Shown: positions 22,785 through 35,700 of the stretch, piece after piece
Numbering within the stretch: position 1 is the first letter of the stretch
Layout of the letters: each line of letters opens with the position of its first letter
Assembly (NCBI GenBank): GCA_964019425.1
Contig: OZ025785.1
Location: 682,001 to 746,000 of the forward strand
Direction: 5' to 3'
Source of the DNA: Flectonema sp. DT1601
Lineage: Eukaryota
DNA length: 64,000 nt
Position numbers and translations under genes: made by a program
Notes under the pieces: generated by a model
Databases searched by the model: none
What the model saw: the letters and a program-made list of their open reading frames with translations, nothing else
What the model was told of the DNA's origin: nothing

Positions 22785-24245
22785 ATGAAATGGAAGCAAC
22801 GACATATATTCGCAGCAATCATAGCTGCGGGGGCTTTATTTGTGTTTTATGAAGCAACGCAACAGCAAGATGCGTTGACGAGAACTGAACCACCGCTTTT
22901 AATCGGACTTCGGTGCATCAGAGATGGAACATGTGGTGGGAATAAAAATATAGCATCGGAAGCGGTGATATTTGAAAAGAGTGAAGGTGAACAAGTAACT
23001 GAAGACAGATGGATTTCACCTGGATGGCCACCTGCGATAAAAGGAGAATGCCCTGATAGATATCTGACAGTAAACACACACACTTGGGGAAGACATCACA
23101 ACCAACTGCAGTCAGTGATGAATGGGCTCGTCACTGCTCACTTGTTAAACAGAACTTTTGTGTTGGGTCACTTCAGACATGCAAAGAATTGGTTTTCTGT
23201 GTCAGATTACTACGATTTCAGTGAATTAGCTTTTCACTATTGTATTATCGACCACTCGAGTATGATTGCTAAAATGAAAGATCGTCCAAAACCATCAGTG
23301 TCATGTCATGGTCAAAACATAAACGATCTCCCTCTCGGAAAGTCACTCGGTCTTAAATGCTCTGGAAAAAGTGAATCGTTTTCGAATTTCAATTTCAAAG
23401 CAATCATTGATCAAAAATTAATAATTCTAAAAAAAGATACCTCGACCATTCTTAATCTCTCTGGTCAATTAGCATTCTATCTGAGACCTGGATTAAATCA
23501 CATTTCACAGTCGTTTGCTTTGCTAAAAGCAGCACCTGCTGTTAAAGCTGAGGTAGATTTGTTTCAGCAAATGACGTTTGGAAATTCTGATTACGTGGCC
23601 ATCCATCTTCGATACCGAGAAGGGACTTGCATTCAGGAGATTGACACCGATTTCGTGAAGGCTTTCAATATAAGCGCGGAGTTGCATCGCAGTTTGCAAG
23701 TCCAATGTAAAATAAATTATGCATACAGCAAGCGAGTTTTGGAAGAGAGGTTTGTGTGAGTCTTTGTAAGACATTTTTGAAAAGGAATAAAATAAAAACA
23801 ACAACAACAACAAAAACAACAACACAGCATTGATTACGTGTCAATAGATCCAAACAGCTTTTCACTTCCTGTCTTCTTAGCATCTGATCATCAAAATGTA
23901 TCGGCTGAAAAGGTGTGAAATTTTTTTATTTTTTTATTTACCACCAGTCTGATAGAAGCAAAATAACAAACAAAAAAAAAAACAAAAAAAAATTAGGATC
24001 TCACATCTCGTGGAGCTGTTCTTTACGAAGGAGCGTTCTCTACCAAAGAAATCGGTGGACTGAAGGGACTCGCCACGGACTATTTCTTAATGAGAGGTGG
24101 TAATGTGTTTATTGGAAACACTGCCTCATCAGTATCTCAAAATACATGTTTTGGTAGGTTGCTATCAATCCCATGGAACAGAGCATGTTCTGGTTGGAAT
24201 TTTGATCTTTTACAAACCATGACGACTACGGCGCTGGGAAGCTAA
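22785..24245 (+). CDS. GDP-fucose protein O-fucosyltransferase-like glycosyltransferase (GT-B); exons 22785-23749, 23828-23912, 23997-24245
   Basis: Type II anchor; WGRHHNQLQS...A.LLNRTFVL; YVAIHLR.RE..C. After splicing: VFLASD and D..L......FIGN..SS.S, the O-FucT family motifs. Confidence 0.85.
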
Positions 24246-24625
24246 TGGTTATCTCAAAAAGCTATAAAAACAGATGGCCTCTACCACCTTTTTTAAATTC
24301 ATAAATTACTATAAATATTTAGTTAATTCTTTTTTTTTTTTAAATAGAAATTATATTCTTATTATTAGAGTATTGGCAAAACAAAAAAAAAGGTTCCTAA
24401 ATTTTGGCAAATTACCAAAAAAAAACAAACGGGAATTCTATATTTTGTGCATTTATTTAAGCCATGAAATATACTTTTTGAATTGAGGATACTTTTTTTT
24501 TTTTTTTTTTAAAATAAGAAAAAAATAATTGAGAAAAAAAAAATGATTGTGAATTTATATTACAAATTAGGTGGGCTGGGGGAGGAACGGGAAAAAAAAA
24601 AAAAAAAAAAAAAACATGAACTGAA

Positions 24626-25129
24626 ATGAAGGTTTCTCTACACCCATCGCTTATAGTTTTAGTATGGCATGGAGTCTGTGCAGTCGTATCTCTGATGGCT
24701 GGATTCGGATGGGTTAAAGATGACGAAGATGTATCATCGACGTCAAAAATCGCCTATCAAACACTAGCAATCACATACGTCACAATTTATGTTGTTGCTG
24801 CTGGTCCTGTTCTTGTCAAGGCAACGTTCTTTTCGGTTACTCCGCAGGAGACTTCAAGGCTTCAGTTTCAGGCAGGATGTTCATTGTGGGTTCTCGGTGA
24901 TCTTCCATTATTCATTGCTGACTTTATTATATACGACGATCACGGATTCGTTTCTGTACTTCAGGGAATTGAATTTATATTACGAGTGACTTCATTCTTG
25001 TTTGGATTTGTACTACTTTGGATATCTGGACTTAGAATTGCAATCGCGTGGCTTCATCGAAGGGACACCTGTGACTTGGATCTCATTCAGTGGAGTAGAC
25101 GCAGAACAGATCATCAACGATCTGAATAA
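24626..25129 (+). CDS. Four-TM membrane protein (CECR6/TMEM121-like, tentative)
   Basis: Four hydrophobic helices and a L.DLPLF....I motif followed by GF.S..QG..F.L. Confidence 0.65.
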   Translation: MKVSLHPSLIVLVWHGVCAVVSLMAGFGWVKDDEDVSSTSKIAYQTLAITYVTIYVVAAGPVLVKATFFSVTPQETSRLQFQAGCSLWVLGDLPLFIADFIIYDDHGFVSVLQGIEFILRVTSFLFGFVLLWISGLRIAIAWLHRRDTCDLDLIQWSRRRTDHQRSE

Positions 25130-25359
25130 TGACCAGCTGTCAGATTTATTTTATGGACTAATAGATTCTTTGGATATTTTTTTTTTATTTTTTTTTTATA
25201 TTGTATTAGATATGTGAAGTTTGTTGGAGTACTTTATTTTTTCTAACTTTTTTTATTGAGATTGGTTTATCTTTATTGTTTTTTTTTGGTGTTTTTTTAA
25301 ATTTTTTTTTTCAATTATTTAAAATTTATATTTTCCCCCCAGTCTGTTGTTCTTCCAAC

Positions 25360-26646
25360 ATGACAGAGGTGTCTGACCAACCTCGACGAACAGGAATGAT
25401 TGCCAAACGAGAACACTACGAGGGAGAGATCGTCGCTGGTATGAAACACGGAAAAGGTAAATATCAATACCGGAATACCTTCTATGAATATGCTGGAGAT
25501 TGGTTTGAAAATAAAAAACACGGAAAAGGAGTACTAGCAATGAAAGATGGCATGCAATACGAAGGTGATTTCAACCACGGAGAAATAACTGGTGAAGGTG
25601 TAATGATTTGGCCTGATGGAGCCACCTACAGAGGAAGTTTTATTGACGGAGAGAGACACGGACACGGTGAATTCACATCACCTTCAGGAGAACAATACAC
25701 TGGAAACTGGTCATACGGACACAAACAAGGAATCGGAAAACTCTCACTCAACACAATCTCATACGAGGGTAGCTTCGCCAACAATACTTTTGATGGTGAG
25801 GGAAGGCTTCAGATTCCAGGATTGATCTGGTCAGGTGAATTTAAAAAAGGACTTCTCAACGGAACTGCGGAGGTGTCAACTCCGAACAACATAACATTCG
25901 GAGGGATGTTTAAAAACGGACTTCGAAACGGAGAGGGACAACTTAAAATAAACGGAACGACTACTTTAATATCAGTTTGGGAAGACGACATCCTCGCACA
26001 GGAAAACACTCTCATTTCGGAAATAGAACATATCACTTCCGGAGATAATAACATTTCAGGACCTTCTCCTGATGTCGTCTCGATAACAAACATTAGGGAT
26101 AAGGTAACTTTATACTTCTCAAGTGATGTGGGTAATCGAGTGATCACTGCGACATTACACAAAAGTAGTGGTCGATCACAAAGTGTTTCAAAACCAAGTG
26201 TGAGTGATACTAATAAAATGAATTCAACTGCAGCTTTAAAATTACCAAAAATAATGTTCTCAAGTGAAGAGGAATGGAGTAGACATGCTACACGTAAATC
26301 TATTAAGAAAAAAAGTTTTATTGGAGGAGATGATCGTGAAGCAGGTGAGGAATCTCCACCCACAGCAACAAGCCAATTCCAACCTCCACAAGACGGTACT
26401 GAAAACACTTCTTATCGAACAGTGTTATCGTTTTACCTTCCACCAACAGCAGTTCGTGGGATGTATGTTCTTCGTCTTCAAGATGAAACAGTGTGGCCTG
26501 ATTCTAATCCTCAACCAGAGATAGCCATACCTCGTCATAGTAATTATAATGGTCCTGTTCATAGGAATATGACTTTACCGACAACGATACCCGAAAGAGT
26601 AGTTTGGTTTATGGAAACAGACACTCTTTTGATTGAAATAAAATAA
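25360..26646 (+). CDS. MORN-repeat protein
   Basis: About 8 repeats of YEG.(W/F)..G.(K/R)HG.G in the N half. The likely ATG is 25360, after CCCCCCAG (25342). Confidence 0.9.
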   Translation: MTEVSDQPRRTGMIAKREHYEGEIVAGMKHGKGKYQYRNTFYEYAGDWFENKKHGKGVLAMKDGMQYEGDFNHGEITGEGVMIWPDGATYRGSFIDGERHGHGEFTSPSGEQYTGNWSYGHKQGIGKLSLNTISYEGSFANNTFDGEGRLQIPGLIWSGEFKKGLLNGTAEVSTPNNITFGGMFKNGLRNGEGQLKINGTTTLISVWEDDILAQENTLISEIEHITSGDNNISGPSPDVVSITNIRDKVTLYFSSDVGNRVITATLHKSSGRSQSVSKPSVSDTNKMNSTAALKLPKIMFSSEEEWSRHATRKSIKKKSFIGGDDREAGEESPPTATSQFQPPQDGTENTSYRTVLSFYLPPTAVRGMYVLRLQDETVWPDSNPQPEIAIPRHSNYNGPVHRNMTLPTTIPERVVWFMETDTLLIEIK

Positions 26647-26666
26647 CTGAAATAATTAAACCTGAA

Positions 26667-26671
<5 letters not shown>

Positions 26672-26698
<27 letters not shown>

Positions 26699-26701
26699 CA
26701 G
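26672..26701 (+). promoter_or_regulatory. Putative spliced-leader trans-splice acceptor (poly-T plus CAG); example of a pattern seen before most genes
   Basis: Only 98 bp separate the MORN stop from the next ATG, and they contain a long T tract ending in CAG. Similar pyrimidine-AG sites end at 7862, 8288, 16259, 25342, 45051, 58130, 60445 and 63397. Confidence 0.55.
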
Positions 26702-26744
26702 TTTTATTTTATTTACATTATTCATCACCAGGAATAATATAAAG

Positions 26745-29700
26745 ATGCCTGTAGGGGGAGTAGCAGGGCTGTCAACTGTAGTACTCCTGGGACTGATCGC
26801 GGCAACTGTCGCTAACATCGAATCGAACTATGCCGAAGTATTATCAGCGGACGCTATATTGACTGCGGGAAGAACCCTCCGTGAGATGGAATTCGCAGGA
26901 AAAGAATTGTCAGAAGATGAAAGAGCAGGAGTATTTCAAGAAGGCGCCTGTTCTGCTGAGAATGCCTATCCAGTTGGGATGTGCTTCACTGATAAAGTTG
27001 AAAGAGAGAGGCAAGCAATGCTCCAATCGGGTAAAAAAGCAGCTGACTACATAGAGTCAACGTACAAAGACGCCTTAACAGAGATGGACATCCTCGTGAG
27101 TGATGATTCAGTTTATGAAGCGAATCTTGATTTTACCCAACTCTCAATTGGTTCTTGCATCGCTCCAGCAAGTCAATCAAACGCTAAATGTGATTTAACC
27201 GATAAGGAAACATCAAAATATGAACAAGACTTAACCCAAATTATAAAATCAACAAAAGGAGTTAAGTTAAAACACATGATTGCCGTATTACAGAATAGAT
27301 TCGCAGTAGCTCCGGTGTTAAATAAATTAACTGCATTGGCTGCTGGAGAAGACCTCATAAAAATGAAACTTTCAGGTACTTCAGCTCTCGATACGTACAA
27401 TAACAATAATAAACTTCACCATCTCCTCATCGAGCAGCTTCGTCGAACACCAAACGTAGTTTGGTCGTACTTTGGAGATTCAGAAGAAAAGATTTTCAGC
27501 GGCTACCGAAAATATCATTCAAAAGTGATTCTCACCTTCGGAAGGGTTTCGGGAATGGAGTACTGGGACATCAACAGCAATGGCAGACCAGTAAAAAAGT
27601 TTCACACAGACCCCACTTGGGTATTAGAAAACACTGATTGGTATCAAACAAAATCACAATCAGGTTGGACAGGAATATATCATTTTAGTAGTTTACCATC
27701 TGAACTCAGTGATGGGATTTCTGCTGTTCACAAATTCAGCAGCGGGGTGTTGGGGACTGATTTCCTGCTAACTGAATTCATTCATTCATTTCTGGATAAT
27801 ATAAAAATTCCGAGAGATGCTATTTTTTTAATAATAAATACGGAAAAACAACTTGTGGCTTCAAACAGACTTCAAGGAGAATTCTTAAATGGTACACTTA
27901 CTGAAGCAGACACAGCAACAGATCCTTTGATAGCATTCTTGTCTTCGAAGTTGTTAGGACTGTACCCAGCTATTAGTAATCCCGATAAGTATCCCTTGCA
28001 GTGGAGTGAGTTTTTGTCAACTCCGGAATTTGTTGATGTGAGTTTTGAAAATGAGAAGTGGGATGTTGAATTAATGTCAATGGAAAATCCAATGCAAGGT
28101 GATGCCGCATTGCAATGGACAGTTGTGTATGCGAGACCGTATTCATCGAGGAATGCTTTTGTTAAGAATAGTAAAGACTGTGTTTCAAGTGATGGAATGT
28201 TGTCAGCAATCTCTGGAGCAGTCCTCAGTTGGAGAGTTCAACACACAGATTTCATCCACGATGCTCTCGTAACCAATTTAGAACGTCCTCATCTTTGTCT
28301 ACGAAACCTGGCATTACACTCAGAGCTAAGAGAGACTCCAGGATCTGTTGCGTACTTAGCTCACATGGCAGAAACATGTGGAGTATCATACATCCACATC
28401 GCCAATACGACAACAAACGGAAGATCACTCTCTGGAATTGAAGTGATCCTTGCAGACCCTTACGCTGTTAGTTGTGTTTCGTCTAATAATTCTGATTGTG
28501 TTGACTATCAACTCATCCAATACGATCCTAACGTCGATCCAGAAAATCAAGTTTCATTCGGTGTATCAAAACCAGTAAATTGGGGATGGTACAACAATGT
28601 TAAATCTGAAACACCGATAAACACGATCGCTAACGTCGCGACTCCATACGATATGATAGTGAGCCCGGGTAGGTCTACCGTCATGAATAATGGAGAAACT
28701 ATTTTTAATGTCGGAATTACATTAAAAAAGATCGAATATTCCCTCCTAGAAGGAATACTCCCAAGAGACACTGCCATCTACGTCACTGACTTGATCGGAA
28801 CGGTAATCGCTTCAACGACGAGCAGCGTTGCCGACTATATTACCGTCACTGAAGAGCATTTCAAAACAACTGGTTTAAAAGCAAACATTCTAGACCATGG
28901 AGTCAGGCGTACTGAAGTAACGTTTAATGACCAACAGCTTCACGTTGATTACAAAAGAGTGAAATGGAATGTTGAAGAGAGTAACGACTACTGGATACTG
29001 GTAATTGTTAGAAAGGCTGTTCAAACAGTAACAGATGTGAAGGTTCATCCTGAAAATAACTTGGGAAGTTGCGTTCCCTGTCAAGATAATAAAATATCAA
29101 TCGCGAGGAGGAGTAGAGTCGTCAAGGACGTATCTGAATCATTCGACAGTCTTTTGGACATCGCAGTCAGATCGACTTTATTAATTCAGCAGTACCTCCT
29201 TCAGAATATCACATCAGTCGATGACCTCCCTTCTCTGTTACAAAAACAGTTGACTCGGCATAGCGGTACTCTGTTTTGGATCGCCGTATTCGATCCAGAA
29301 AACAGTAACTTAATGGCCTACAAATATGAAAATAAGAAAGCAATCGCCCTAAAAACACACAATGTGAGGAAAGAAAGACCTTTGTGGTATTCAAAAGCTG
29401 TATTTTTAGAATCGATGTGGGCACAAACACCATCAGATAAATGGGTTTGGAGTGGACAAGAAAAATGGGAAGGCAAGGAAGTAATGTCAGCTGTTCGATT
29501 GAGAGGATCTTCAAAAGCAGATAAAATGATAATAGTCGCGGGTTTTACTGAGGACACTCTGACATCAACATTTCAAACTGTAGCTCAAGATGCTGGATTT
29601 AAAGGTTTTCCTGAAGCCGGTCTTCACTTTTTCGGAAACGATGACCTCCCACTGTCTCACAAGGTTCACGGCACTATTCCAGACTCACTCTCAAATCCGG

Positions 29701-32700
29701 AAATTGTGAAAACTGAAATTCAAAAAGTCGCACCTGAATTCTTTCAATCAGTGAACCCTTGGGACACTCCACAACTGACCGTTAGAGAGATTGTATCTGA
29801 CAGTAATATTTATACCATCGCAGCATATGCTCATGGATCACCTTCTACAAACAGAGACTTTAAAAGTAATAAATGGAACCATTGGCTATTCGTATTAGCA
29901 GTTACGAGAGACCAAACAGAGTGCGCTGATTCTGAAAAATGTGCGTCTCAGTTGACGACAATGTCAGGCACGTATTACAGAGTCGTTGTTGATCATGTCA
30001 GACGATTTATTACAAATACTGGTGATGAGGTTACTGGTGCTCCTGATTTCACAGCCATAACAGAATCTTACAAAGACGCGTTGATTGCGGGGGATCCGAA
30101 TTCGCTAATCAGAAAATACCTGTCGACTCAAATAAAATTATATCCGACAGTTGGAACGCTCGCTTTTCATTTCACATCTGAGACCAGTACTCATTTTATT
30201 GCTGTGATTAGACTTGGTGGTCAGTTGTTGACTGATACAAAGAATCATGAGGATAATTTTGTATTTTACATGTGTGATGGAGATAGAAAATGTTTCTTTT
30301 CAACATTGAGTGGAGAGACGTCTGAAGGTGATCCGAATGTGAACCCGAGCGCGGTGACTGTTTGGAGTGATTTTAAAGAGCATCTCAAGAATTCTTACAT
30401 AGTTTTTAAAACTGTTGAAGGATTATCTGCCTCAGTTGGAATCACAGCCGCTGGATACGGTCAAACAACAGGAGACTTATCAGTGAAATTACGTGAGATG
30501 GATGTCAGCAGAGAAACTGTTATATTTATATACTCTGACAGCACATGGCAGCATCTATTAGCATTGAACAAAGACGAGTCTAATAAAGTATTCATTGCTG
30601 CGAAGGAAGAGTTGAGAGTAAATCATAAAAATCAAGGAAACGGACTAGTGAGCATCCAATCCGGATCAAACCACTACACTATTGACTTCACAACTCTTGA
30701 TGGAAGGCTACTTGCGATTGTTTCTGGTGATATCGTTGGGACGAAAACCTCTTATGGGATTTCATTCAGGTCTAGTCTTCAATGTGCTGAGCAAGGCTCA
30801 TGTGAAGAGGAAGTCGATAGCCTTCGAGAAAAAGACATTCGATCAAAAGCCGATTTCATCGCTCTCCGAACTACTCGTGTTTTAGATTTAATTAAGAATA
30901 TTGCTGGTTCAATCGCTCAAGTTCAATCCCGAGAGCAGTTCATTTTAAAAGCTGAATCTGCGCTTCAGTCGGCACCGACATTCTCCAGTATCCGATACCA
31001 AGATAAAGTAAAGGGTGACATAGTAATAGTTCAAAGGGAACAGATATGGTTGAGAAACACGACCGGGACATACCTCCAACTTAGTGGAGGAGGGACCGTC
31101 GCTACAACCAGTACTTTAGACTTCGTAAAAGAGGTAATTGAAACATTCATAACCGAGAGTAACGTTGGATTAAAATATAGAGTAAAGAGTTCAGCTGGAT
31201 CACTCATAGAAGTGACAACAGACTCTGAAATTCTCAAGAAATCCATCCTTCATCCATACGGAGGTGTCATCCTAACTGGATACGCTGGAGGGTTTTTAGT
31301 ATCAAACAGCGATTGCCCAACAGCAGTGACAGCACTTTATGAAAACAAGTCATCAAGAAGGAGCGCATTAGTTGATTCAGAAGTAACAATAATGAATGGA
31401 TGTACAGTTGATCTTCGAACAATATGGAGATCTGGAGTAATGTTTTCAGTTGGATCAGTTGAGCTGGGTCTTCATCAACATTCATATCCAACGATAGCAG
31501 CAGATCTCGGGTGTGTTACTTGGCAGTCATGTCAAATGTCAAAAGATAGAGCAATGCTTCAGGTGATGGACTCAGTCGTTGAGTATATCTACTTTGAATC
31601 GACATTCGCTGAAATTGAACTCCGTCGAATCTCTACTCTATCAACGTCAACGATAGTCACTCTCGGTATAACTGATCTGTTGAGGACTTCTCATTATATT
31701 AAATGGATTTTGTCGGGTATCAACACGGCATCCTATTCTGGAAAATATTTTTCTGATAATCGCAATGAAATCTTTGCAGTTGACTGTACCATCGATAAGT
31801 GTGACATAGAAGGGAAATCATCATTTAACTTAACCGCGATACCACAACATGATTCTTATTATTTCACTAAGGAATTGTTGTATTATCGGTTTGGTGATTT
31901 CATGGCTGGCGTTGAGCTATCGTCGTTGGAAGATCCAGCGAATAATGTAATCAGCGGTGATGGTGTTTCTTTTAAAGTCTCTCTTCAACCAACGTCAAAA
32001 ATGCAAAATAAATTTGTAAAAAATGGGGAAATTCAACATCAGATTAACAACAACAACTACGATGTGTATACCAAGGCTTCCTCAGGAATTGTAATAATGG
32101 CTTCGTACACTGCTGTTAATACTAAAGTAGACGAGCGTGACACTTGTACTTTAAGATGTAAGGATAACTTAATTAAGTTTCAAGGTTTGGATTTAGTAGC
32201 AAACGCGATATCGTTTCACATCAATGAGTTGGTTTCTTTACATCAGTCTAGACTGGATTTGTTGGTTAGGCAAATTGTTAATGCGATTATGCCGGAACCG
32301 AAATTTGATTCAAAAAGTGGATTTGAGATTTGTTCATTCCTGTTCTCTGGGTCGTCCGATTCAAAGGAAGGAACTATTGGATGGTTCACTGGAGATACCT
32401 TTATTGAATGTATTGCTAATCAAGTCACACTTGGTCGTTATCATCTTATTGTCGGTTCTTTATCATCAAAACAGTCCTGGTCTATTAGTAGAGACAGAAG
32501 AGAACCAAACACTGATTTCAAAGAAGTAACGTCTTTTAATAAAAGCTATGTTCCGTCATGGATTGGGAACGGAGAGACTCCAGAAGATTATAATAAAAAA
32601 CAGTCGGAAGTGTTCATTATAAAGAGAATGCCAGTTGGATGGGTTGCGATGAAAATTGTTGGGATTTGGAACACAACCAGATTTGATAGATTTGGTGAAC

Positions 32701-35700
32701 AATTATCTCTGATGAGGGGATCGGAGTTGATTTTTGGAGTTAGGACTGAATCATCGAAAACAGTCACAGCTGAAGTCAGTATCCCAGGTGATGGTAATTG
32801 GATGGTTGGAGTTGGTCTTCTTCAACCATCACCAAATCCACCACCTCGACTTGGATGTTTCACAGAATTTGATTGCACCTGTCACATGCATCATAATAAT
32901 AATTTCAAAGAACTGTCATCGTTGTCTCAGAGATTAGTAAGTGAAGTCAGAACTGACAGAGTCCTCCTTTCACGACCTCTTCTTAAGACTGATCTCGATT
33001 ACATGTCATCTACATCAGTTGAGTGGATGATCAAATGGAAATCAGACAGCTACTCTGGATTCATTTCATTAAAAGATAAAACCTACTTTATTGAATGCAC
33101 TGCTATCTCATGTGTTACGAAATCTGTCAACACTATCAGCGGTGAGATTGGAAATATTGAAGCAATCGAAGCAAAGCTGCCCCTCTACGGAAACCAATTA
33201 AATAAAATGTTAGAAGACTTGGATAAGAATTTATTTGGGAAACCTAATTATGTTTTTAAATCTGATGATGTTTATATTGGAATTAGTTTTGATCTCGACA
33301 TGAGAGGATTGGCTGAATTATTAAAAGGTTTTCCTGAAAGCGTCGAACTATTTCTTGTTGATAAGCCGAACAGAAAATTACTAGCAAATCCTGCTGAGTA
33401 CGCGCACTTGTCTGACCCAACAGCTGGTCAAATTTCAGAAAGATGTGCCAAAAACTACTTATCCTATGCTAAGTATGCATGTGGAGTGAAGTCAAAAGTA
33501 TTTTCTTTAAACGTGTTTGAATTCAATTCTCGGCTTCACTATTTGACGACGTTGCCGAAAATCGCAGCTCCAGTGACGAATGTCTTCCACAAAGGATTTT
33601 ATTTTGAAGAACTCTACACTCGAATGAGAAGAATTGTCCAGGAGAACAAGAACAGTGGAGTGGTACAGGCTGTTTACTTTGTACATGCTGAGGGTTGGAC
33701 TCTAGGATGTGACAAGTTTTCAAGAAAATTCTACATCGGACCTCCCACATGGAGAGTCGAATACTACGATGCCGATGGTGGCAGAAAAGAGTCTGATGTA
33801 GTCACAGTACACCAAGGACTATTTGAGGGAAGGGTAACAGACTGGAGGACAACAGATGAATATGTGTTACAGTTTGGAAATAAATTACAACTTTCTGGAA
33901 ACACCATATTCAAAGCTGTTTACGCGAGTCAAAGATTTGTTGGTAACGTCGCAGTAGACTTTGTGAGTTTGTCGCTGACGGAAGTTTTGAAAAAACTTTC
34001 TGAAGAAGATCTTCAGCATCCTTCGATGGTTATCTTTTCACCAGCTGGTGGGATTGCAAGCTACCCGACTCTCTCATACGCTGCTGTTGAGAAGTTCAGC
34101 ACCTTCTCATCAACACAGCGAGTTCAATACTACTCATCTGTTTCTGGTAGTTATTTTAAAACGACTACTGACAAGAAAGTAATATCTCTTCCGATGGCAA
34201 TGGGAAGCTCGAAGTGGTCGTTAGTCCTCAGTGCTGATGTTCTACAAGAAGGTATCTCACCTGAAAGTGATTGCATGGATAATTCTAGTTGCTCATCTCT
34301 GCTTCAGGAAACTACAAAAACAGCTGCTTTGTCGGTGTTGACTATGATCGTTAAGCATTTAGAAAGTAAGAAAATTCAAATTCAAACATCGGCAGAATCC
34401 TTTCATAGTGATGGAAGTGACTCTGAGTCTCACACGTTGGATTACTTGGCTGTTCGCATAATTGGATTGGAGTTAGACATGATTAGAGCAACGCCAACAT
34501 CAACTCTACAAACTGGATGGTATCGAACAGCTAAAGGTCTCAGTCAGCTTCAATGCTATAATAACCAATGCATTATCTCTGGCACTTCCTCTGTTCCAAA
34601 ATCTCGATCAGAATTGACATTTACTGAAGGATGGTCGGTCTCTCCTTCATGGGAACCCATCACAAAGATTCTGTCATTCACACCTTCTTCAAAATCTATT
34701 TCAATGGGGATAAGTTTAGGCCAGATTGCGACCATAATAAAGAGTGCAGCAGTACCTGATGATTGGGCTGTCTTTGTAATAGAAATGCCAAACCTAACTG
34801 AAGCAATACTACGATTGGGAAGTGAGGATCTGATGTCTAAAATGATGAAAACAATTGGAAACGTAATAACTTCGACATCAGGAAGTGGTGTTATAACAAA
34901 TCATGATGAAGTGAATGGTGTGTTTGCATATTATGCTCAAGTGTTTCCTGGATTGTATTTGGGTGTTGGTAGTCCAATACCGCAACCAATTCAAAAACCA
35001 ACACCTGATTACTCATCAGCCCTACCTGGGATTAGATTTCAATCAGAAAGACATCCTATTTTAGATTTAGTCGCATACTACGTTGGAATCAACAGCTTAG
35101 TAGGTCTTTACAGTGGTAATGACTTAGTTGTTGGCGATAGACTCTACCGTGGTGATACTTTATACAGAGCACCTGTAGGGTGGACTCCTGTCACTGACAG
35201 GTGTGACATTGGATGGTCATTCAGAAAGTTCTTATCAGCAGCGCCATCCATAAATAATGACGGACTTGTATTGGGTGTTAGTAGTACTCAGGGGATCTTC
35301 TGTATTGGAATCTCAAACACCACATTAAACCTAATCACAAAAGGAATAACAACCGGAGACGTTGTTATGGTGGTTACCAAAACTAATGAAATTATTGCTA
35401 CGAATACAAACGGTCCTTCGGCTACTCAGCTTCAACAAGACGCTGAGTCACTTGGTGTTGGTATCCATCAAAAAGATGACGGTTATATTATTCGATCTGA
35501 TGTCTCACCAGGGATATACATCGCTTATTCAAAACTAGTTAGCTCAATGGTTGGAGATATCAAACGGGAAACTGCAGTTCAACAAGCGACATCAGCCTTT
35601 CGTGATGTTCACAATAAGAGATTTGATTCTGGTATTCTGTTCTCAGATATATTTAGAAATCAATTCACCGATTTGATGAAACCTGAACTCAGCAATGATT

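Noticed and set aside
25809..26408. 199-aa minus-strand ORF inside the MORN gene, and similar antisense ORFs within other genes
   Set aside because: Fully overlap well-supported + strand genes and show no domain signal.
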